Under the pieces are notes generated by a model, which worked only from the letters and a program-made list of their open reading frames with translations, was not told where the DNA came from and made no database searches. The position numbers were made by a program, and so were the translations under genes. Positions 17,054 through 25,792 of a stretch of DNA of 64,000 nt are shown in pieces (within the stretch, counting starts at the first letter, position 1; each line of letters starts with the position of its first letter). The stretch is taken from positions 1-64,000 of IMG/VR virus record IMGVR_UViG_3300045988_161245; one strand, 5' to 3'. Source of the stretch: a virus.

Positions 17054-17635
17054 TTACTCACCAACCTTTTTGTCTGTACCATGAATTTCATTATATAAAG
17101 CAGTAAAATTTCTTAAATATTTATCTCTATATTTCTCATTTGTTCCAGTTTCAAGAAGTTTTATCATTAAATCAAATTCTTTATCAAACAATAAAAGAAA
17201 TGCAGGATAAAACGATAACCAATCCATTGCCAAACAATAGAATTCGCCATTCCGTTCAAATGCTGACTCATATCCAATTTTATGAAATAATGTCAGCATA
17301 GAATCTGTAGGTAAACTTTTTGAAAAATGTTCTTTTATCCATTTAATGTCTTTTTGTTGGTTGGTAATCTCTTCATATTTCCTTTTTAATTCGTCTATAA
17401 GATCAATATTTCCTTCTTCTACAAACTCTAACTGACTATCATCCCACCACGAAGAACTAGATCCATTTTCCATACTGAGAATCGAATATCCTCCATAGCA
17501 TTCTCCATTGCCATATTTTTCTCCATAAGAATATTCTATTACAAACAACTTACCAATATCTTTTCTTGATTCATTTAATGATCCATGCCAATATGTATCA
17601 ATCATTTTTACAATATTACCTGGTTTGAATTCCAT
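17054..17635 (-). CDS. hypothetical protein (193 aa)
   Basis: ORF track; abuts neighbours. Confidence 0.6.
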   Translation of the reverse strand: MEFKPGNIVKMIDTYWHGSLNESRKDIGKLFVIEYSYGEKYGNGECYGGYSILSMENGSSSSWWDDSQLEFVEEGNIDLIDELKRKYEEITNQQKDIKWIKEHFSKSLPTDSMLTLFHKIGYESAFERNGEFYCLAMDWLSFYPAFLLLFDKEFDLMIKLLETGTNEKYRDKYLRNFTALYNEIHGTDKKVGE

Positions 17636-17956
17636 TTACTCTACCATCATCCTTTCACCTATAAATTTTCTCACCTGCTTATTAATGTTTGCCGGATAAC
17701 TTTTTACAACATCATTCGGATCAATAAAAATCTCTTTAATATTATGATCATCATCCAAAAAGATGCTTCCTACTGTTCCACCAGGAACTCTAATGTAATA
17801 TGTCGCAGGATCTTCATCATCAAACAATATTAAGTCATTTATTACAATATAATGAAGTCGCTCATCTAACCCAGCTACTTGATCTAAAAACCATGTAATT
17901 TCACATGTCCATGCTTTACGTACTTCTCCACATACTTTTCTTCTCATTAATTCCAT
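17636..17956 (-). CDS. hypothetical protein (106 aa)
   Basis: ORF track; abuts neighbours. Confidence 0.6.
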   Translation of the reverse strand: MELMRRKVCGEVRKAWTCEITWFLDQVAGLDERLHYIVINDLILFDDEDPATYYIRVPGGTVGSIFLDDDHNIKEIFIDPNDVVKSYPANINKQVRKFIGERMMVE

Positions 17957-17959
17957 AAA

Positions 17960-18244
17960 TCATTCTCCATCATAAACTTGTAATGTTCCATCTGCGTTAT
18001 ATAGTGGTGTAATGCCGTATTGATTATAACCACTACATATAAAATATTTTACTTTTGTATCATTCGCATAAACAATTGTGTAATTACCATCACCCCATTT
18101 TACAATCTCCGTAAAATATCCATTCGACCTAGTTGCTCCATTCGCGGTGTTGGCACTTATAGCTTCCTGATATGTTGTTCCACATCCACTTGCTGACACA
18201 CAAATTAATCCAGCAGCAATCGCAGCTAAAATTTTCTTCTTCAT
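17960..18244 (-). CDS. predicted lipoprotein (94 aa)
   Basis: MKKKILAAIAAGLICVSASGC signal peptide with a lipobox cysteine. Confidence 0.65.
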   Translation of the reverse strand: MKKKILAAIAAGLICVSASGCGTTYQEAISANTANGATRSNGYFTEIVKWGDGNYTIVYANDTKVKYFICSGYNQYGITPLYNADGTLQVYDGE

Positions 18245-18513
18245 TCGATTCCCATCACTTTCTTATACAATTCAACTTCTTCATCTGTTGCAATATGTAA
18301 CCAATCTAACAAAGTTTCTTGACACCACGCATCTTTATATCCTGACACCATAACGATAAACGAATTATCATCGCTTTCCTGAGTAATACTTTGGTAACAT
18401 GCAATAGTACCAACTCTACCAAGTAAGGTTTCTGGTTTGCTTAAATCAACATCTTTATAATTTGTAATTACAAATTTTCCTGTATCAACAGGAAAATTTA
18501 CAGTAAACGCCAT
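18241..18513 (-). CDS. hypothetical protein (90 aa)
   Basis: Start moved to ATG 18513 (MAFTVNF...) with GGAG upstream; the track start overlaps the upstream gene by 98 nt. Confidence 0.55.
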   Translation of the reverse strand: MAFTVNFPVDTGKFVITNYKDVDLSKPETLLGRVGTIACYQSITQESDDNSFIVMVSGYKDAWCQETLLDWLHIATDEEVELYKKVMGIE

Positions 18514-18526
18514 AAAATCACTCCAA

Positions 18527-18757
18527 TCAAATTTTGCTTTTATTCTTTTTTTTAAACTCCAATAAATCTTCTTTCGTTTCAAATAAATAATCAAAAAATC
18601 GTCCAGCAGGTCTTCCATTATCATAATTTAACTCGGCCCATAATTTTGATCCAGTAATATAAATTTTTTCAATAGTACCAAATACAGGTCTTTCTGGCCA
18701 TCGCTCCCAAAACCAAACTTTATCGCCAACTTTAAAATTTTTACTATCCATAATCAA
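18527..18757 (-). CDS. hypothetical protein (76 aa), paralog of 18764-19141
   Basis: N-terminus SKNFKVGDKVWFW resembles DKNFLVGDTVWFY of the neighbouring gene. Confidence 0.6.
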   Translation of the reverse strand: MIMDSKNFKVGDKVWFWERWPERPVFGTIEKIYITGSKLWAELNYDNGRPAGRFFDYLFETKEDLLEFKKKNKSKI

Positions 18758-18763
18758 TGTCCT

Positions 18764-19141
18764 TTAAATTTTTACATCAAAAATTTCTTTTGCTCTTTCT
18801 TTAATAGCAATCTTCTTATCATTTAAATCTGCTACTGGCATGAATTCACAGTCTTCAATTACAGAATACATAAGTTCAACCAGCTCTTTCGCATCATGAA
18901 TATTATCTTTTATGCGTTTTACATTTGCTTTCTCTTCTTTTTCAATCCAAGCAATAAGTTCAAGATCGTCATGAAATATTTGAGAAATAGGCATTTTAGT
19001 TTCCATATGTCCATTTCTAATAAGTGCAAAAGGAATTTCATCTAAAATAAATATTTCTTTTATAATTCCCTTAGACATAAAATCGTGTTTTCTAATATAA
19101 AACCAAACAGTATCTCCAACCAAAAAATTTTTATCGCTCAT
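18764..19141 (-). CDS. hypothetical protein (125 aa), paralog of 18527-18757
   Basis: Start moved to ATG 19141 with GGAGG 6 nt upstream. Confidence 0.6.
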   Translation of the reverse strand: MSDKNFLVGDTVWFYIRKHDFMSKGIIKEIFILDEIPFALIRNGHMETKMPISQIFHDDLELIAWIEKEEKANVKRIKDNIHDAKELVELMYSVIEDCEFMPVADLNDKKIAIKERAKEIFDVKI

Positions 19142-19517
19142 AGTTTTCCTCCAAATCCCATATACCAATATTTTCTTCTCTGTATTCTTTAAATTCCGTC
19201 CCAAACCGTCCATATACCTTACCATCATCTTCTTTATATCTAATAAACTCTGCATAATCAGTAAGCAGTTTTGGACAATTATTCACGACCCATTCTCGTG
19301 TAGCAGTAATACAATAATTTGAAGACATATCAATTAATTCTCTAACTACACATAATCTGCTTTTCTTTACCCAAGTCTCATCATCAAATTTGATTTGTAA
19401 ATCATTTTTCATCCATAATCTAAACGGTTCATCGTCTGGATAGAATATTCCAGGAATCCAATTATTTAGTTCAAAATATATAATCTTATCCATCTTATTC
19501 CTCAATACAACATTCAA
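19131..19517 (-). CDS. hypothetical protein (128 aa)
   Basis: ORF track; packed array. Confidence 0.6.
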   Translation of the reverse strand: MNVVLRNKMDKIIYFELNNWIPGIFYPDDEPFRLWMKNDLQIKFDDETWVKKSRLCVVRELIDMSSNYCITATREWVVNNCPKLLTDYAEFIRYKEDDGKVYGRFGTEFKEYREENIGIWDLEENYER

Positions 19518-19845
19518 TATCCGGAAACTCTTCCGATTCCCATTCTACTCCGCAAGTTTCACATTTAAAACTTAATGAATTCCACCATTTCTCTCCTTGA
19601 AAAATATGTTTATACCAAGGCTTTTGAAATCCTAATCTTCGATGGCGAATACCATAAAATTGTCTTATGCCGGATAATTTTTTATGTTCTTTTATCGCAT
19701 CTAGTTCATCTTTAACTGTACAAAGTCTATTCTCTCCACAGCATGGACACACACTATTTCTTTTTATAATTGTATCCATCATTATTTTATTTGGATCACA
19801 TTTATCTGGAAATTTAGTTATTCTCATCATCATCATCCTCTTCAT
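19495..19845 (-). CDS. hypothetical zinc-ribbon protein (start among a run of ATGs, uncertain)
   Basis: CPCCG...CETCG pairs; the 5' end overlaps the upstream gene. Confidence 0.55.
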   Translation of the reverse strand: MKRMMMMRITKFPDKCDPNKIMMDTIIKRNSVCPCCGENRLCTVKDELDAIKEHKKLSGIRQFYGIRHRRLGFQKPWYKHIFQGEKWWNSLSFKCETCGVEWESEEFPDIECCIEE

Positions 19846-20116
19846 TATCTAAACCAATTAGCCAACAGAATTGATTTAATCCACCAATGTAAGCATTAAC
19901 TGCATCACCGTTCTCATGAATCTCATCCAGATATCCCCTGGCGATCACTCCGGCGTTAAAATAATATTCCGGCGTATGTTCTTTACTTTGAATTCTGTTT
20001 TCCAACTCTTTTATATCAGCTGACAAATCAATATCCTTTCGACCATAAATCAGCTTATCAAAGCGTTGGCACATAATTTTATAATGTACATCTGGACAGC
20101 CCATTTTTACCTCCAT
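19814..20116 (-). CDS. hypothetical protein with acidic tail (100 aa)
   Basis: ORF track; C-terminal EEDDDDENN. Confidence 0.55.
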   Translation of the reverse strand: MEVKMGCPDVHYKIMCQRFDKLIYGRKDIDLSADIKELENRIQSKEHTPEYYFNAGVIARGYLDEIHENGDAVNAYIGGLNQFCWLIGLDNEEDDDDENN

Positions 20117-20173
20117 ATTTTACAATTTAATTATAGGTATATACGCTAACATAAAACATATCTTTTACTGTTC

Positions 20174-20920
20174 TCACTCCAACCATTTGTTCTCTAAATA
20201 GCAAAAACCATATATAGCAGCTCCTGTCAACATAATCCATAATACCCAAAACAACCACATTGGAAAATGTGTTGTAACATATTTAAAAGTTTCATCTAGA
20301 TCCATATTGTTATAATATTTAGTATTATTTATGGTTTTATCTTTAAGATTTGTGAATATAGTCCCTTTATTAACTGCAGGAACACCATAGTATTTAAATC
20401 TTACATGGTAACCACCACTCAATGTATCAATATAGTCTTTCCCTGGAAATGGAATTTTACTGCTATCAAAATCAATTCCACAAAAATTAATCGTTTTACA
20501 ACTTTTATCTTCTTCTCCGGCATAATCCCAGGTCCAATATGTTTCTGTTCTTGTATGCTTTTTCCCTTTTGAGTCAGTAGTCGTAACAGTTCGAGTATGC
20601 ATATTATAATGTTCTTCTACTTTTCTAACATACATGTATCCTCCACCAATTTCCGGATATGTAACTGAATCTACAGCTTTCAGCTCCCCATAAACAAATG
20701 CATTACCGACATTTGTATCCATTCCATATTGGAACAGATCTGTATCATTATCTATTTGAATTGCCTTGTTATATTTAATATCAGATTCCTGTTGGCTCTC
20801 TGACCATTTCGTGCTGATCAGAAAGCCAAACATAATCATTAAGGCTGCGATTACAATACTTACAAGAATTTCTCTTTTAGTAATCGTAAAGTTCCGAAAC
20901 TTTATGTTTTTCATTTTCAA
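20174..20920 (-). CDS. membrane protein with N- and C-terminal TM helices (248 aa)
   Basis: ILVSIVIAALMIMFGFLI and MWLFWVLWIMLTGAAIYGFCY hydrophobic segments; last gene of the LemA/vWA/PurA-like operon. Confidence 0.6.
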   Translation of the reverse strand: MKMKNIKFRNFTITKREILVSIVIAALMIMFGFLISTKWSESQQESDIKYNKAIQIDNDTDLFQYGMDTNVGNAFVYGELKAVDSVTYPEIGGGYMYVRKVEEHYNMHTRTVTTTDSKGKKHTRTETYWTWDYAGEEDKSCKTINFCGIDFDSSKIPFPGKDYIDTLSGGYHVRFKYYGVPAVNKGTIFTNLKDKTINNTKYYNNMDLDETFKYVTTHFPMWLFWVLWIMLTGAAIYGFCYLENKWLE

Positions 20921-20957
20921 TCCTCAATTTCTCTACAATTTTTTCATAATATTCAGG

Positions 20958-21221
20958 TCATTCCTTTTCAAATTCTTCAAATGGTTTATACTTACAATTC
21001 TTAAAAACTTGAATCGCATTTTTGTAATTTTCGTAGCCTTCTTGTGTGTGAGGAAATATGCTTGGACTCAAAGATCCAAATTCAAAATCTTTACATTTTT
21101 CACATATACAAGGTGAAATTATGTAAATTTTATGACAATCATTTTCTTCTATTACTGCATAATATTTACCACAACCAAGTGTCACATAAAAATGCCTATC
21201 ACATTTTTGTTTCTTTTTCAT
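20958..21221 (-). CDS. Cys-rich small protein (87 aa)
   Basis: ORF track; packed array. Confidence 0.55.
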   Translation of the reverse strand: MKKKQKCDRHFYVTLGCGKYYAVIEENDCHKIYIISPCICEKCKDFEFGSLSPSIFPHTQEGYENYKNAIQVFKNCKYKPFEEFEKE

Positions 21222-21224
21222 AAA

Positions 21225-21809
21225 TTAATCCTCTCCAAACAAATCCTGTGGTGCATCCTGAAGGTTGTCACCAAAGTCTAATAGTTTATAATCCTGTTTC
21301 TCGTATCCAAGAAAATCAAGAAACGTACTCTGTGGGAACGCACGAACATAACCATTATAAATTTTTACCTGTTTATTATAATTTTCTCTATAATTTGCGA
21401 TTAAATTTTCAGTTGTTGCCAACTCATTCATAAGCTGTTTATAATTCTCATTGGATTTTAATTCCGGATATGCCTCAGATACTGCCTTAATAGAAGTTTT
21501 GATTTCTGCAGCTTTATCGTCATCAGATGAACGACCGTCCACGATTGCCTTTAATGTATCATATTCATGTTTATCATAATTCTTTACGCAATCAACCAGG
21601 TTACCAAGTGAATCTACTCTTCGCTTTTCCTGAATATTTATGTCAGATTTTGCAGTTAACACCTGTTCTTCCATATTAATAGCTCTATTTTTATAGCTCT
21701 GAACTCCAAAGACAGCCATGAGAGCTACAGCAATAATAATTGCAATTGCGATTAATACCACTTTCCAACCGGTACCTCTACTTTTCATTTTTATCTCCTT
21801 TACCAACAT
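21225..21809 (-). CDS. lemA: LemA family membrane protein
   Basis: N-terminal TM helix, then QEKRRVDSLGNLVDCVKNY...AYPELKSNENYKQLMNEL..TENLIANYRENYN..V..YN...R.FP, typical of LemA. Confidence 0.8.
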   Translation of the reverse strand: MLVKEIKMKSRGTGWKVVLIAIAIIIAVALMAVFGVQSYKNRAINMEEQVLTAKSDINIQEKRRVDSLGNLVDCVKNYDKHEYDTLKAIVDGRSSDDDKAAEIKTSIKAVSEAYPELKSNENYKQLMNELATTENLIANYRENYNKQVKIYNGYVRAFPQSTFLDFLGYEKQDYKLLDFGDNLQDAPQDLFGED

Positions 21810-22063
21810 ATTTCATTTGTATATGTAGAATTTGTTTTCTTATTTAAACCAGCAAATTTATTTATTATTGTTTCTAATTCGCAGTTTTCATCAAATGATA
21901 ACAAATTCTGTGTTAATATTTCTACTAATAGCCTTAATACATACTTAGTATCATCCACACTACAAGAAAATAGTTCAGGATCTTCTACAGATAAAAACAA
22001 TCTTGCGTACTGATCGGATGATGCTAAATTATATAATTCTCTTTTTAACTTTTCTTTATCCAT
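21800..22063 (-). CDS. hypothetical protein (87 aa)
   Basis: ORF track; overlaps both neighbours (translational coupling). Confidence 0.55.
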   Translation of the reverse strand: MDKEKLKRELYNLASSDQYARLFLSVEDPELFSCSVDDTKYVLRLLVEILTQNLLSFDENCELETIINKFAGLNKKTNSTYTNEICW

Positions 22064-23162
22064 CTTTATACCTCAAAATATCATTGTGTGTTTCACCATC
22101 TGATTTATAAATATTCCAGCCTGAGAATAACTTCCCAAATTTATCATCATCTATTCTAAATTCGTTGCAATGCGTAATAGTAATAGATCTTTCACACTCA
22201 AAATCTCCTACATCTGCTATAACTCTCTGATAAAGTTTATTTAAATCTAGTTTTCCATATCTCAAAGTATCCTGATGATGGTTTGGAACATTTGTCTTAT
22301 CATACATTTCGGCATTAATTTCGTCTTTATTGCATTCTGTTGGAAACGGACCAGCACCATGTCTGGTTAAATATGTACGTGTTACATAACATACTTCTAT
22401 ATTTAATTCATCATTCCAATTTACTCTTTCAATAATTTCTTTTGGATTTTTCAGACCTGTGTTAGATGGGGTAAGATGTGGAAAGTATTTTAGATTGTTC
22501 TGATCGAGTAATAACCCTTGAGCGGCTTCAAAAATAATGTGATCAAATATATTTAGAAAGCTTTCATCCCTGGTTGTCTCAATATGGTCATTCATAAAAT
22601 CTAAGTCTTCAAGAAAATGTTCGTATATTCCTTGGTCGTTAAATAATTTTTTCCAACTATCAGATAACACAATTCCTTCTTTTTCAAACTTCTCAAGGTA
22701 ATAATCTTTTACCTTATCAAAATCGGTAATGTCACTTTCATACCTCTTAATGGTTTCAAAAATTCCTAACCCACAACTGCCATGCTTTTGTTTTCCACGA
22801 TTTTCTTCAACAATATGATTTGCCATCATATCGTAAGGTGTTGAAACCATACAGTCTGAATGAACATAAACAATAGGAACTACACCTTTATTTATCAGTT
22901 CTTTAAATTCTTGAACGAAAATAAGTGGATTTACAATGAATTCTTTTGGCAAATATGTAACAGCCCCATTAAAAGTTCCAGAACCAAAATGATGAAAGAC
23001 ATGTCTGATTCCGTCCGGTGTCATTACGGTATGTCCTCTTTGACTTCCACCATTAGAACACACTACAATACTATTAGGTTTCTGTGAAAAGTAATCAGTC
23101 ATTAAACCTTTTCCTTCATCTCCTGCATTTGCACCAATCACAATCTTAATGTCTTTCATCAT
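22056..23162 (-). CDS. short adenylosuccinate synthetase (PurA/PurZ) family enzyme, substrate uncertain
   Basis: GANAGDEGKG, NGGSQRGHT, HHFGSG, GSCGLGI, EAAQGLLLD and TRHGAGPFPTE match PurA blocks; 368 aa; the canonical GxTTGRxRR loop is not recognisable. Confidence 0.75.
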   Translation of the reverse strand: MMKDIKIVIGANAGDEGKGLMTDYFSQKPNSIVVCSNGGSQRGHTVMTPDGIRHVFHHFGSGTFNGAVTYLPKEFIVNPLIFVQEFKELINKGVVPIVYVHSDCMVSTPYDMMANHIVEENRGKQKHGSCGLGIFETIKRYESDITDFDKVKDYYLEKFEKEGIVLSDSWKKLFNDQGIYEHFLEDLDFMNDHIETTRDESFLNIFDHIIFEAAQGLLLDQNNLKYFPHLTPSNTGLKNPKEIIERVNWNDELNIEVCYVTRTYLTRHGAGPFPTECNKDEINAEMYDKTNVPNHHQDTLRYGKLDLNKLYQRVIADVGDFECERSITITHCNEFRIDDDKFGKLFSGWNIYKSDGETHNDILRYKDG

Positions 23163-23181
23163 CTCAATCTCCTATTTTATT

Positions 23182-24081
23182 TTACCAAACAATTTCTCCG
23201 TTTTCATTTGTAATTACCTGATCAATAGCTGATACAGGTGCTATATAACTTTCATCCTTTTCTGCTGCACCAACAATAATATTTACGATGGTTTCTGTAA
23301 TGTTATCAAGATTTGCCTTTTTAAAATGTTCCTCATCAAGAATTGATTTAAAGGATTTTTCAATATTTTCTTCATCATAATTACGACCATGATTTACGTG
23401 AATATGATAAATATCAAATTTCTTAGTGGTCTCTTCAAATAATTCTGGAGTCTCCACATCTTTTTCAAGATTATCACCGAGGGCATCTACTAAACCAGAG
23501 CGTCTACCATGCATCGGAAGATACGGGTTTATTCTCTCATCGCCAATAGTAATAATAATTCCTCGTTTACCACGATTCCAGCAATCAAGCTTAGTATGAT
23601 GAAGTCCAAAATACCAGGCAGCTGTATAAGATTCATACATATTTCCACCACCGCCAAACTCAAAGTAAATTTTATCAAGTTGCTCTGCGATACGGATATC
23701 AGATTCAAACTGAGATACCTGAATAGGATAATAATCACAGCTTAAATCTCCAATACCCATAATCATAAACTCAACGTCTTTTATATTTTCATACAATTTT
23801 GTCATAATGCTATTGAGCTTCTTAGCTACCTCTACGGCAGCTTGTCCCATTGATCCAGTTACATCCAGGGCTAAAATCACTGGTAATGTATTTGGGTGAT
23901 CATCAGAATCACAACATTCTCTAATAACATCTTTTGGATCAAGTGCAGGATCTAAATCTCTTGCCTTAAACATTTCTTGATTAGAAACACTTGAAGTAAC
24001 AAATCCTAACTTATCAGTTGTAAGTCCTTTAGATGTTGAATAACTTCTAAAACTATCTGTATCCCATGTTCCACATCCCAT
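23182..24081 (-). CDS. von Willebrand factor A (vWA) domain protein
   Basis: VILALDVTGSMG MIDAS motif, later GGGGN and IIITIGDE. Confidence 0.7.
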   Translation of the reverse strand: MGCGTWDTDSFRSYSTSKGLTTDKLGFVTSSVSNQEMFKARDLDPALDPKDVIRECCDSDDHPNTLPVILALDVTGSMGQAAVEVAKKLNSIMTKLYENIKDVEFMIMGIGDLSCDYYPIQVSQFESDIRIAEQLDKIYFEFGGGGNMYESYTAAWYFGLHHTKLDCWNRGKRGIIITIGDERINPYLPMHGRRSGLVDALGDNLEKDVETPELFEETTKKFDIYHIHVNHGRNYDEENIEKSFKSILDEEHFKKANLDNITETIVNIIVGAAEKDESYIAPVSAIDQVITNENGEIVW

Positions 24082-24083
24082 AA

Positions 24084-24689
24084 TTATTCTTCCTCCTCTG
24101 CATCTACATTATCATCTTCATCTGTGTTATCTACGGTATCAAAATCAAACATTCCATCAAACATATCACTCATATTTCCACCCATCATCATAAACGGAAG
24201 CATTGAGTTCATATTACTCGCCGTTCCAGTAGAACCATTTCCATTCATCATCTGAGATAGCATCATATATTTGAAAATATTGTTCATTCCGTTTTTTCCC
24301 TTAGTAATATTACTTCCAAGTAAAGAAACAATCTTTCCATAAAAATATGTATTTCCCATAAATACGTGTCGTTCTGGAACAATATTCTCTACAGTAGAAT
24401 CTTCATAATTGATTGCAGTAATCATATTCTTCTCTACTTTAATAACACATTTAGGCTTTCCATTTGCAAATATAATATCACCTGCACTAACTTTGTTTGT
24501 TGGAATAATAAAGAAGAAATCCTGTCCAATATCAAATGCAAAATTGTCACAATTTGTAAGTCTACCAGTCTTCACATTATAACTTTTATAACCATTAGAT
24601 GTTTTTACTGCAATACCGCCACTCATAGAAAGTCTGCACATTCCGTTACCTACTTTACCAAACATACCGTTTAAAAAATTGTTCATCAT
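24084..24689 (-). CDS. hypothetical protein with Gly/Met-rich region and acidic tail (201 aa)
   Basis: ORF track; 2 nt upstream of the vWA gene; C-terminal DNTDEDDNVDAEEEE. Confidence 0.6.
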   Translation of the reverse strand: MMNNFLNGMFGKVGNGMCRLSMSGGIAVKTSNGYKSYNVKTGRLTNCDNFAFDIGQDFFFIIPTNKVSAGDIIFANGKPKCVIKVEKNMITAINYEDSTVENIVPERHVFMGNTYFYGKIVSLLGSNITKGKNGMNNIFKYMMLSQMMNGNGSTGTASNMNSMLPFMMMGGNMSDMFDGMFDFDTVDNTDEDDNVDAEEEE

Positions 24690-24743
24690 AATTATCTTTT
24701 CTCCTTTTTTTATTTATATATTTTTTATAATGCTTTTCAGCTA

Positions 24744-25367
24744 TTATTTACTTCCAATTTCTTTTTCATATTCTTCTTTTAATTTCTGTAAATCGTTTTC
24801 TTTATTTTTTATATCTGATTCCAGTTTACGAATTTTACCTTCAAATGCTCTAATTCTGTTTTTACGCTCTTTTTCCGCTTTGAGTCGTTCTTGCTCTTCT
24901 CTATATTCCTTCGAAAATTCATCATTCATTGCATCAACATTTTCTTGAGTAATCTCTCCATTCCCACTAGAAAGTAAATCTTTCATATATGTCTCTGCTG
25001 TACTATATGCTAATTCAAGATTTCTTTCTTTAAGAAAAATGTAAAATCGTATAAAGCGCCCTTTGTCATAAGAAACAAAATTGTATAATCCAATATTTTT
25101 TACACAGCATCTACAATAGTCACACTCTGGAACATTGTCTGAGAAATCTTCTCTTTCATACTTATTAGTATTATTAGAAAATTTAAATGAAATACCATAA
25201 TGATAAACAAGTTCATATTTGCTATAATCAATATCACTTTTTAATCTTTCAAGTGGCTCGATTTCACACCCTTTTATTGCACTATATTTATATGCTTCGT
25301 CTAAATCTTCTGTATATCCTATTAATTCATGATAATCATAATCATAGTCAATAAGCCCATATAACAT
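24744..25367 (-). CDS. hypothetical protein with C-terminal coiled-coil-like K/E-rich region (207 aa)
   Basis: Start moved to the second ATG (MLYGLIDY...), which has GGAGG 8 nt upstream. Confidence 0.55.
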   Translation of the reverse strand: MLYGLIDYDYDYHELIGYTEDLDEAYKYSAIKGCEIEPLERLKSDIDYSKYELVYHYGISFKFSNNTNKYEREDFSDNVPECDYCRCCVKNIGLYNFVSYDKGRFIRFYIFLKERNLELAYSTAETYMKDLLSSGNGEITQENVDAMNDEFSKEYREEQERLKAEKERKNRIRAFEGKIRKLESDIKNKENDLQKLKEEYEKEIGSK

Positions 25368-25523
25368 TTTCTTGCCCTCCATTTAATAAGTAATAAAAGT
25401 TCCGTTTGGTATATAATTTTCTCCTTTTTATGAATTTTTCTCAAAATTCCATTTTCGCAATCCCTTTATTTATAAGGGATTCACGAGGGTCATTTTCCCA
25501 ATAAAACTGTTGTTTTATCGTTG

Positions 25524-25775
25524 TCACTTTCCAAACAATTTTTCAATAAAACTTTTTTCAAAAACTTTTACAACCGAAACGCCATAATTGGTTTTCTCGT
25601 TTAATTCTCTTACTGCGTCATTTAATTCGGAATAATCTTTTATACTAATTGTTACTTTTCGATGAAAATCTATACAACACTTTTCTTTTATTACACGAAT
25701 ATTATTCGCCGCTAAAATCCCATAAAACCAACGCTTATCATTTGATATATCTATATATTGTAATACTGCTTTCAT
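25524..25775 (-). CDS. hypothetical protein (83 aa)
   Basis: ORF track; packed array. Confidence 0.55.
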   Translation of the reverse strand: MKAVLQYIDISNDKRWFYGILAANNIRVIKEKCCIDFHRKVTISIKDYSELNDAVRELNEKTNYGVSVVKVFEKSFIEKLFGK

Positions 25776-25792
25776 ATATCTCTACCTCTAAG

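Noticed and set aside
22056-23162. Calling the PurA-like gene purZ and the genome a Z-genome
   Set aside because: Short length is the only supporting trait. The P-loop keeps Asp, the aspartate loop is unrecognisable, and no datZ/mazZ/dpoZ-like genes are visible. The heavy investment in methyltransferases argues that the DNA is restriction-sensitive. The gene is kept as PurA/PurZ family with unknown substrate.
25459-25481. Hairpin AATCCCTT-N7-AAGGGATT as a terminator
   Set aside because: There is no U-run on either strand after the stem, so its function is unclear. A 24-codon plus-strand ORF nearby (from about 25433) has no RBS.
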